From Octopus vulgaris (taxonomy: Eukaryota), in contig OX597828.1 of NCBI GenBank assembly GCA_951406725.2, forward strand, positions 39,928,001 through 39,992,000: 64,000 nucleotides of DNA, written 5' to 3'. Below the pieces are notes generated by a model that was given only the letters and a program-made list of their open reading frames with translations, had not been told where the DNA came from and made no database searches. Both the position numbers and the translations under genes were made by a program. This document shows positions 53,426 to 64,000 of the stretch, in pieces (within the stretch, counting starts at the first letter, position 1; every line of letters begins with the position of its first letter).

Positions 53426-54125
53426 CAGCCTTATACAAGAACAATAATATTGCTATTGTTGGTGGTGGTGTTTCAAATAGAGAACACATAATGGAAAATA
53501 AACTTCTGATGAATTATGAAATAATATATTCTCAACCAGCTTCATATTCCTTAAGAAGAAAAACAAGAACAAATTTTACATTTAAACCGACTGAACTTGC
53601 AAGGAAATACAACAATAGAAAATAAGAATTGTTCATGAAGCAAAACATTACAAATCAGAAACAAAGGGGAGGATTATGACCATAGCTTTAGAGTAGAACA
53701 TTCCAAGAAGTATTTAGAGATGAGGTCAAGCTGTTTTGAGAAGGTTAATGCTTTTTGAATAGTTATACTTTGAAAGGTTTCAAATAACTAGAGTACTTCA
53801 TACAGCTTGACTTGAATGTGTAAGACAGAGTAGCTACACACAATCATTGTAGTTGTTTTTGCTTTAATGTTCGCTTTTCTGTGCTGGCATGGGTCAGAAG
53901 GAGTGTGTTGATGTAGATTTTTTTCTACATCAGGATGCCCTTCCCACTGCCAAACCTCACCTGTTTTAAAATAAGGTAATATTTCTTAATGGCAGGACAT
54001 GGTTTAATGGAAGATTGGAAATGAAGGACACTGTTTGTATGATAGCAATGCTTGCTTACAACTATTGTAAAATGTCAAGACAAAGAAACACAAACAAATA
54101 CACACAAAAATGCTTTTTTTTTTTT

Positions 54126-54520
54126 TTACTTGTTTCAGTCATTTTGACTGTGGCCATGCTGGAGCACCGCCTTTAATCGAGCAACTCGACCCCGGGACTT
54201 ATTCTTTGTAAGCCCAGTACTTATTCTATTGGTCTCTTTTGCCGAACCGCTAAGTTACGGGGACATAAACACACCAGCATCGATCGTCAAGCGATGTTGG
54301 GGGGACAAACACAGACACACAAACATACACGCACATACATATATATACATATATACGACAGGCTTCTTTCAGTTTCCGTCTACCAAATCCACTCACAAGG
54401 CTTTTGGTCGGCCCGAGGCTATAGTAGAAGACACTTGCCCAAGGTGCCACGCAGTGGGACCGAGCCCGGAACCATGTGGTTGGTAAGCAAGCTACTTACC
54501 ACAAAGCCACTCCTGCGCCT
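54126..54520 (-). mobile_element. SINE family A, full length
   Basis: Near-consensus copy, inverted relative to 52952-53343. Confidence 0.9.
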
Positions 54521-54527
54521 ATTGTAC

Positions 54528-54915
54528 CAGTGCTGGATTAACCATTAAGCAAAATAAGCATGTGCTTAGGGCATTGAAGGAAGGGGGCACAACAGAAATG
54601 GTAAATGGTTTACGGCACAAAAGAAATCACTTTGAACTTGCTGAAATAATATTTGGGGATGTCTTAGCAGATGTGTTACGTACGATTAATTTTGGGGATC
54701 TGATTACAGACTGCAATTAACAAAAGTAGGAAAAAACTTTTCAAATATAAATAAAGTGGAATTGGACAAAAATAAAAATTATTTTTGTTTCATTTTGAAG
54801 AATAAAAATTTATTTTATGATTTATTATTGTTTACATTTTGAATTATATCTATATATGGGGGGCACCAAAATCTTTCAAGTGCCTAGGGCTTCTATGGGT
54901 CTTAATCTGGCCCAG
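54528..54915. mobile_element. hAT-type MITE
   Basis: Termini cagtgctggattaa / ttaatctggcccag, resembling CAGGGCCGGATTAA TIRs. Repeated gtgc.tagggc and gggggcac subterminal motifs. Confidence 0.6.
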
Positions 54916-57091
54916 ATACGTACACACATATACAATGGGCTTCTTTCAGTTTCTATTTACTAAATCCACTCACACTGCTTAGGTCAGCCTGGGGTTTTAG
55001 TAGAAGACACTTACCGAAGATACTACACAGTGGGACTGAACCCCAAACAACATGGTTGAGAAGCAAGCTCCTTAACCACCCAACCATGTCTTAGTTCTAT
55101 GCTACTTTCTCTTTCAGCAGCTTGGAAGACTGAAGTAAGCAGTTTCTGATGAATCATATGAAAGATGAAACAAGTCAGTTCAATCCTTATTCCAAGCTGA
55201 TGGAAACACCATGGCATAATTTCACAGTGACACTAAAGATATATTTATCAAACATTTGACTCTTTGTAACAGCAACTGCATATTCATTGTTATTGCAAAG
55301 ATTTCAATTAATTAGTTTGCTTTCAATGTTTGTATTTGGTTTTGTAATCATAATGATTCACTGGCCCATTACTTTTCTCTCAGAAATTTACATATTAAGG
55401 AAGTGAGAGAATAGATTCATAGCCTGATTAACATATTTATTTTTGTCAACTAATAGAATATATCTTGAGAGGCAATGAATAGGGGAGAGGGGAAAAAAAG
55501 CAATTGTTCTAAAAATTCATTAAAAATATTAAAAATTACTAGATTTAAGTGCCTAGGGCTTCTATGGGTCTTAATCTGGCCTAGATACGTACACACATAT
55601 ACAATGGGTTTCTTTCAGTTTCTATTTACTAAATCCACTCACAATGCTTAGGTCGGCCTGGGGTTTTAGTAGAAGACACTTACCAAAGATACTACACAGT
55701 GGGACTGAACCCCAAACAACATGGTTGAGAAGCAAGCTCCTTAACCATATAATGATTTCAAACTTTGAAAGAGGGCCAGCGGTTTTTGAAGGGAAGAGGA
55801 AGCTGATTATATCAACTCCCAGTATTTGACTGGAACTTATTTTATTGACCCTGAAAGGTTAAAAGGAACATCATCATCATTTAATGTCTGCTTTCCATGC
55901 TGGCATGGGTTGGACAGCTTGACAGGAGCCGGCAAGTTGGAGGACTGCACCAAGAGCCACTGTCTGTTTAAGCATGGTTTTAACAGCTGGATGCCCTTCC
56001 TAACACCAACCACTTTACAGATTGGATTGGGTGCTTTTCACATGGTACCAGCACTGGTGAGATTTGAACTCCAGAATGTACAAATGGATGAAACACCATT
56101 AAGTGTTTTGTCCAGTGTGCTTACAGTTCTGCCAGTTCACTGCTTTAGACTCATATATAACAATGCAATGTCCTTTGCAAAACGATTTACAAAGCTAGTT
56201 CAGCAGAACATGGCTGAGATTTAGATACTCTAAATGCAAGAGAACTACAATGGTTCATTGGAAACTTTCATGACAGTGCATCAACAAGACCACAACAGAA
56301 CGGCTGAAAAGCAAAAGAGCAACAGTGTCATAGTAAGGGTTTTTCCGTACATGGGGTAAAGATACTTTTGGCTATCTCACTTTCCTCTACTTTAAGTAAT
56401 AGACACAGCAGGACAGTTGAAATTTTGTACTGCTTTACACTTGTATCTTGGGGGAAACTACCCTTTCCTCTGCTATCCCCCACGTTTGTTATGCTTCTGA
56501 GTGAAAGAGCAAGAGTTTCTATCCTTTACCCGCTCAACTCTTGTGATACCAACCTGCTTCAGGTTGTTTCTGGTTCTATGATCCAAGATTCCAGTTTTAA
56601 CCCTTTAACATTCATATTACTCTGTCAAATGTAATGCTTATTTATTCACATTGCTTTGAATTAATCATGCAACTGTCTCATAGCTTCAAGACTTCAATGA
56701 TGTGATTATTTATTGTTAGAGTAACATTGTCGGTTAGGTGTGAGAGGCCAGATCTGGCTGATTTACATGCTAAAGGATTAAAGTAATCTGAATCTAAACT
56801 TTCTATCAAAATTTCATATTTAATCTATGTTTCAAACACCGGCTTCCTAACGACTAGCTTATTTTGCTAAATTCTTCACCATTTTAAGAATTAACTGAAA
56901 CAGCAATGCAATCCAGCACAAATATGGTTACAAAGGGGTTAGCATGTAAAATTCTGAGCAGTACTGGCCAACCACAAAAGAGGAGCTCCAGAATGGCCTT
57001 TGCTATGATGGCTTCAACAAACAAAAGAAGAAGGAAATAAAGTTGCTGAAACAAAGAGATTCTTATTTGAACACATTTCTATTAATGTGCA

Positions 57092-57122
<31 letters not shown>

Positions 57123-57878
57123 TTGTGTGTGTGTGTGAGTACAATTCTTATATTCTGTATATTATTCTGGAATCTACTACTTCAAATCGTAATACATGTT
57201 GTTGATAGCAGCAGGATTCTGCTGAAACATGAAATATGAGCTTTGACGGTTTTTACATGTAGTCTTTATAGGAAGGCAGCTTTTTTAAAATGCATTAAAG
57301 ACAAGAAGAAGAAGAAACAAAACAAAACAAAACAGACAGATTAAGAAAAACAAAAATGAATATTCAAAATCCTCGTGATGTGGAGTGAGCATCCCATTGG
57401 TGCAGGTTGATATGACATCACTGTTTGTTCCGGATAAAATCCATTATAGAAAAATAAATGAAAAATAGTGTGAAGCTGAATTTACTGAGGCGTTAATGCG
57501 TGTGTGCACGTGTGTTTATTTAGTTTGTTGTTTCTTGTCAAGGTTTTATTTTCATTTCAGTTTTGTAATCTTAATTAAAATTCATTACTGATATAGGAGG
57601 ATAAGTTTACACTTTTGAGATGCAAACACAACAAGCTGACCTTAAAAACCCACAGCTTTTTAATAAGCAGAACGTTTTCTTAAGAATTACCTGGGTGAAC
57701 TTTTGTGACATTACTGATACCAGGGTAGATATGTTTTGTTAGCATATCTGAGACATTGCATGGAAGTTGATAATGAGTTAACAAAACCAGAACATAGTGC
57801 TATATAATGTAGCCATACTTGACATTCTACAGAAAAATTTGGATGTGAATGCATTCTAGATTTTTTATCTTATAAACC

Positions 57879-57924
<46 letters not shown>

Positions 57925-59179
57925 TGATAATAATAATTCTTTCTACTATAGGCACACTGCCTGAAATTTTGGCGGAGGGGGGCAGTCGATTAGATCGACC
58001 CCAGTACACAACTGGCACTCAGAATGTAGTGGCAGATGAAATACTGCTAAGCATGCTAACAATTCTGCCAGCTCACTGCCTAATAATAATAATAATAATA
58101 ATAATAATGATGATGATGATGATGATGATGATAATAATCACACGTATTGAGAAGAGCATTGTCGATGTGAGAATTATTACTACCCATGTATTTTAATTTA
58201 ACTTAAAAAAAATAAAAAAAAATAAACGAACTATTGAGTTTAGTTTAATGGCCTACCAATGTATACTATGAGTTTCTTTGCCCTAGGAGTCGGGAAGACA
58301 CTCAGCAAGAAATGGAAGCAAATTTGAAAGAAGAAAAAAAAAGTAATAATAATAATATAGGTGGCAAGTTAGCAGAATTGCTTAGTAGACCAGATAAGAT
58401 GTTCAGCAGCATTTCTTCCAGCTTTATGTGCTAAGTTGAAATTCTGCTGAAGTCAACTTTGCCTTTCATCTTTCCAGGATCAATAAAATAAGTACCAGTT
58501 GAGTACTGGGGGTCGATGTAATCGACTAGCCCCACACCCCAAATTCCAGGACTTGTGCCTATAGTAGACAAAATTATTATCATCATCATCATCATAATAT
58601 CAACACCTACTTTTCTACGCTTGATTTGTCAAATGAGAATAAGTTGGGCATAGTTTTCTATGGGCAGATTCCTTTTTAAAATCAATTTTACATTGTAATT
58701 AGTGAACAAATAAGCCTGCTTGGTTACAGCTATTCTTATCTTACAATATAAGGGGGCTTATAAAAACATAACAGTTTATGAGCTCTGCCCCTCCTTTACA
58801 GACTAATAGGAAAAACATTACAAGGAAACCCATTTGATGTATCTGCTTGCTATCTCTTTATCACACCTGAAATCTCTTCTTCTAGTCAGTGTATTAACCA
58901 CTTTGCTCAACCCTCCTATTTTGGAATTACTTACCCCAGTTTAACCATTACTTTTTCTAGTTACAACCCAGTTACTCTTCCTCATGAGGAAGAACATCTG
59001 GAAAAGGTACGGATGGCACTGTTCACCTCATTAAATTAACAAATATTTAAAAAAGAAAACCAAATATCTAGTTTGAGCTAGTCTATTTATTTAGTTAAGA
59101 TTGCATTTGATGAACATTTGTATGAATGATGGGTAATGAATGCAAAAGTACAATCCTGAACTCAAGTGGCCAAAATAAG

Positions 59180-59570
59180 GTTTCTCTAAAAGAACTCTGG
59201 GAGTAAAGTTACTTGGTGTGCACAGCTCGGAGACCAAGGAGACTCTCCAGGTTGAGTTACTATTTCTCTGCATTGAGAGATCACAACACTATACAACAGA
59301 CATGTAATAAGGATGTTGCAGGGTAAGATCACAAAACAAACTCTTCAAGCCAAGCCAGGCCAACTGGCAGGTGACCTAGGGGTAGACCAAGAATGAGATG
59401 GTGGATAGTATCCATAGCCTTAGTAGGCCATACCTGGGAATCCAGCAGGGAAACGTAATGATGATGGCTTCTGATAGAACCCTAAGGATGGGGTGCTTAA
59501 GGACTTCACTCTCATGAGCCTCTCAGGAATAGGTAGGCAGAGAAGATGGATGGACAGAAGGATGAAGAAC
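59180..59570 (+). mobile_element. RTE (Expander/Rex3-like) LINE 3' remnant
   Basis: ETLQVELLFLCIERSQ...HVIRM...KQTL...PTGR*PRGRPRMRW matches the EPLLLRIERSQ...GRRPRGRPRTRW motif. Confidence 0.75.
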
Positions 59571-59734
59571 TTTGTTATTGGCTTCATGTTTCCAATAGAC
59601 CAATTGCTGGTTCCATTGTATTTCTGACAAAACAATTAAAAAGGAATTGTCTAAGCTAGGACAAATGACAAAATCGGTCATCTGTATTCAAAAGTATTGG
59701 TTTTTCAGTTTCTTCATTAATCTCACATGTTTGT

Positions 59735-60460
59735 GAAGGAGTAACTGTGTGGTAAGAAGCTTGCTTCCCAATCACATGGATCCGGGTTCAGTCTCACTGC
59801 ATGGCACCTTTGCCAAGTGTCTTCTACTATAACCCTGGGCCAACCAAACCCTTGTGAATGGATTTGGTAGACAGTAACTGAAAGAAGCCTATTGTGTGTG
59901 TGTGTGATTATGTATAAGTATGTCCTTGTAACTTAGCAGTTCAGTAAAAGAGATTGACAAAATAAGTACCAGGTTTGTGGAGGCGCGTGGCTTAGTGGTT
60001 AGGGTGTCAGCACCATGATCGTCAGATTGTGGTTTCGATACCTGGACTGGGTGTCGCATTGTGTTCTTGAGCAAAACACTTCATTTCACATTGTTTCAGT
60101 AAAAAGGCGGTGAGCTGGCAGAAATGTTAGCACGCCGGGCGAAATACTTAACACTATTTCGTCTGCCGTTGCGTTCTGAGTTCAAATTCCGCTGAGGTTG
60201 ACTTTGCCTCTCATCCTTTCGGGGTCGATAAATTAAGTACCAGTTACGCACTGGGGGGTCGATGTAATTGACTTAATCTCTTTGTCTGTCCTTGTTTGTC
60301 CCCTCTATCTTTAGCCCCTTGTGGGTAATAAAGAAATAAGAATAAGTACCAGGTTTTAAAAAAAAAGTACTGGGATTGATTCATTTAATTAAATAAAGGC
60401 CTTTCAAAGTGGTGCCCCAGCATGGCCACAGTCCAATGACTGAAACAAGTAAAAGGTAAA
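59735..60460 (+). mobile_element. Family A SINE with a nested family E head plus family B SINE
   Basis: Insert 59977-60340 is flanked by a 16-bp direct repeat aataagtaccaggttt. Confidence 0.8.
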
Positions 60461-61502
60461 TGATAACCCAAAAGAATCATGGATTCAAATTCTTTATCAA
60501 GAAATGTTTTGTGCCCCTTAGGTAAAGCACATGACACCCACTTGTCTTGGTCAGTTGGATTCTTAAATTCAGTGTAAACACATGTATTTGCAGAAACAAA
60601 CTAAGTCAGCATGGCTAAGAAGAATGAATGTAAAAGTTTTGGTTGTGTGGTGAAGTAGCTTGCTTCCCAACCCTGAGGTCTTAGCTGCAGTCCAACAGCA
60701 TGGCACCTTAGGCACACATCTTCTACCATAGCCACAGGCCAGGCAAAGCATTGTGAATGGATTTGGTGAATGAAAACTGAAAGAAGCCTGTGTGTGTGTG
60801 TGTGTGTGTATCATCATCATTTAATGTTTGTTTTCCATGCTGGCATGGGTTGGATGGTTGACAGGAGCTGGTAAGTTAGAGAGCTGTACCAGGCTCCTTT
60901 GTCTATTCTGGCATGATTTCTACAGCTGGATACCCTTCCTAACTGGGTGCTTTTTATGAGACACCACACCAGTGTTTATTATGAAACAATCAGCACCAGT
61001 ACTTTTTACATGACAGCATGTATGCATGCATGTAAGTATGTATGTATATATATCAAGAACTTTTATTGTAAGGGTATATGACATACCAGTATTTGTCTAC
61101 GTTACTCAAATACATGTACCTGGCCACTTCTAGTTATTTCTCTTCGCTTATTTGTTGTTTAAACCATGCTTATTACATAGGCTATAACTGTTTTCTACCC
61201 TTTTGTATATGTCGAAGTCCTTTCGGCTATTGGAGATATAAGCTAGGACAATTGTTGAGCTGATGACGGCTACAGAGCCAAAAACATGGGTCCATGACTG
61301 TCCTCTCTTATCTTTAGATAATAATCCTGTCCTTTTCCTTAATGGCATGTCAGTTTTGGAGAGTTCTTGAATCATGGGATTATTTCCCTTTCTCAAGTGG
61401 AGCTGTCATAATTGCTATTTATTAATTATAACACATCCTCTAGAGGCAGAGATAATCTTAATACATCAAGAAATTTTTATTGCATGGTATTTGACATACA
61501 GA

Positions 61503-61536
<34 letters not shown>

Positions 61537-62039
61537 CCTATCTACCTATCATTATACACACACACACACATTTTGTGTATATGTACCCTTGTCTTGACAT
61601 CATGTAACGGTTGAAAATGATGATCATCATACAAGCAATGCTGTTAGTTTTCTGTGAAAATGGAAAACATGTCTGGCCATGGGGAAATATTACCCTTACT
61701 TGGAAACAGGCAAGGGTTGACAAAGGAAAGGTATCCAACTGAATAAAATCTGCCTCAACAAATTTTGACTCAAGTAAGCATGGGAAAATGAAATAATTAT
61801 GATGATTTTAGTAAAATGAAACTCAAACATTTTATTAAATACTTTTACAGATTAATTTTCAATAGCTGTTTTAACTTATCCTATTTTGCCTATTAATTTA
61901 CTGGTAAAAATATTTTAATTACTATTTCCACTTATGAAATGTACTCTTGACTTTCCTGCTAGGGTCAACTTGTCAGAGTCAGCACCCAGTTAATGCTAAG
62001 ACATTTAATGCAGTAAGCATTAGTTAATTAACCAATGAG

Positions 62040-62200
62040 AAATAATTTCCTGTGGTTGGTCTTCTCGGTGGTTCTCTATAGCTGTGAGACATGGCTGCTA
62101 AATGCTGAATAATGGCAATAATTTGGCAGTGGCAAATTCTGGTGCTGGTGCCATACACTGCAGACCCCATGATCAGCATGCAAGATTGACGCACATTATA
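62040..62200 (+). mobile_element. RTE LINE remnant
   Basis: LVFSVVLYSCETWLLNAE matches LVLPVLLYGCETW. Confidence 0.55.
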
Positions 62201-62655
62201 GACCAAATAAGTAACTCTCCCAGTCATATAAAACTGGTGTGCAGACAAATAGAAATTAACACAATTTTGCAATATTTTCTTCTTGGACCATTATCATTGG
62301 TTCTATCCTCGATAACTGTTGGCAGTGAGCTGATGGCATAAAACTGCCTAAAACTGACCACAGTTAAAAAGCACTTACCAAGGAAGTTACCAGGGATTGT
62401 TTGTTGAAGTGAAGAAACCCTCTCTCTTGATCTGGAATAATTTAAATCATATTAGTCATTGACCAATATTATATTTTCGTCATTGCATTAAATCTGATGT
62501 CCCTGACCATCAGGCAACTGACTAGTACCAGGTTGTGGATCATTTGATACCGGGCTGCACAGAAAGAATCAATTTTAAAATTTTATTTCTATTTTACTGA
62601 CTATTGCAGTCTGCAGAGTGTTTTTGCATTACACATGGATTATATACATTATCTG

Positions 62656-62935
62656 CATATGCCCATGGGCATATGGCATAGTGGTTAAGAGTACGGGCTA
62701 CTAACCCCAAGATTCCGAGTTCAATTCCAAGCAGTGACCTGAACAATAATAATAATAACATCGACAAATACCTTAGGAATGAGAACCCAGGTTCGAAATT
62801 TCCCCAAGACACCTGATGAGGGCTGGAGGGTATATCAGCCAAAACGTTGTGTTAGCAACAAACAAGATGAGGACAAATATCCGTCTATTGTAAATAAAGT
62901 ACATAATTCCTCATCTCTTAAATATAGAACTGTAG
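62656..62935 (+). mobile_element. tRNA-headed SINE-like element with Penelope-type hammerhead (family F)
   Basis: A box tggcatagtgg, B box gagttcaattcc, (AAT)n linker, hammerhead motif, 3' hairpin agatgagga/tcctcatct, and a 20-bp palindrome at the 5' end. Confidence 0.75.
62808..62853 (+). ncRNA. Type I minimal hammerhead ribozyme motif (this copy has G12 to A, probably inactive)
   Basis: GACAC-CUGAUGA-G-GGCUG(gaggguauau)CAGCC-AAAA-CGUU-GUGUU: stem I GACAC/GUGUU, stem II GGCUG/CAGCC, palindromic AACGUU in place of stem III. The second copy at 48029-48074 retains GAAA. Confidence 0.7.
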
Positions 62936-63219
62936 AACCATATGGATTATAGTTATATATGTAATAATATAAATTATATATCATGCATTTTATGGTGTTT
63001 TGTTATGTGTCTGATCCCCCAGTCCATGCAAAAATTGTCTTGCATGAAACTGGTCTGTGGCGCAAAAAAAGGTTGGTAACTGCTGCATTAAATATAGTAG
63101 CACTAATTTGACTATTGTTGTTAGTGCAGGCAGCATTCCCGAGTAATTTCTCTAAGTAATTCAGAGTCCAACAAATGTTTCAATTTGCAGACCTATTAAC
63201 ATTGTAAATTATATTCACA

Positions 63220-63610
63220 GACATCTTAGGTCACGTACAGATAAAGGCCATTCAACTAAATGGCATGATGTCACTCAGAAACAGACTCTTATCTCTGGTC
63301 TACAAAAATGATGCCCCTCTCAATTTGCCTCTTCTACCACTACTACAATGGTCTATGCTCCACAGAGCTGGCTTGTCTTGTGTCACCTTCACTCATTTGT
63401 CTCTCCTCATCCCATCACTCCTGCTGTACCCATCCACCAGGCCCTGCACATACCAGTTCACTCAGTACTTCTTCTCCAGTAAACCAGCCCCCAGGAATTC
63501 TCTCTTTGCACACATCTTTCTTGCGGTCAATGACTCACAGAAAAATTCAAGTGGAACATAACTGGTATCAATCTCACCAGTCTCAGAAGACCTGTGAGGA
63601 CCATGGACAC
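63220..63610 (+). mobile_element. CR1-group LINE 3' end remnant
   Basis: LSICLFYHYYNGLCSTELACLV matches the SLSLFYRYYxGxCSxEL motif, followed by degenerate FF...(W)NSL...IF. Confidence 0.7.
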
Positions 63611-64000
63611 TAACTAACTCGTACTCCAAACTTAAATTTTTAAAAAATCAATTTCTGAGAGTTTATAGAGTAGGGGTGAATGACATGGTGTTCAGTGTCT
63701 GTTATGCAGCAGCAGCAGCATCAACAGCAGCCGCCACTGCTGCCGCCATCACCACCACCACCACCACCACCACTATCATGCACACAATGTAGTGCAGGAC
63801 TAACTGAAAGCAGTGCAGTTAATGTTCAACTTTAGATGTGCCATTTATTAATTTTTTTTATTTTATTTTATTTTATCTAGTTTTAGTTCACGAGCTGTGG
63901 CCATGCTGGGGCACCGCCATTTGGTGTTGCTACATGATTTTACTTCACGAATGCTTTTTAGCAAATGCCATTTGGTGCATGAGAGAGTTCGATGCAGCTG

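Larger units (their letters stand above)
62500..63085 (-). mobile_element. hAT (Charlie/MER1-like) MITE interrupted by the family F element
   Basis: Reverse complement of both halves of 42163-42825. End ...aaaaattgtcttgcatgaaactggtc...aaaggttggtaactgctg. Confidence 0.7.

Overview
AT-rich eukaryotic (animal) genomic DNA with very dense SINEs, MITEs and microsatellites. The repeat families look like those of Octopus, but this is an inference from memory, not a database result. The window is almost all intron of one minus-strand gene. Three coding exons can be spliced in frame: 46417-46267, 21531-21194 and 9628-9001. They encode a Ser/Pro-rich protein with many YxxP / YEEPWD phosphotyrosine motifs, resembling the SHB/SHD/SHE/SHF adaptor family; no SH2 domain and neither gene end is visible here. 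The introns hold at least five tRNA-headed or RTE-tailed SINE-like families, many with clear target-site duplications. They also hold piggyBac-, hAT-, Tc1/mariner- and Merlin-type MITEs, a non-autonomous Helitron, a Helentron-like element, and decayed RTE, CR1, R4/Dong, L1/Tx1 and Merlin coding fragments. The most unusual item is a tRNA-headed SINE-like element that carries a Penelope-type minimal hammerhead ribozyme and inverted ends (62656-62935, 47993-48198, 47575-47675). Most ORFs in the supplied track are repeat or microsatellite artefacts. There are no prokaryotic features.
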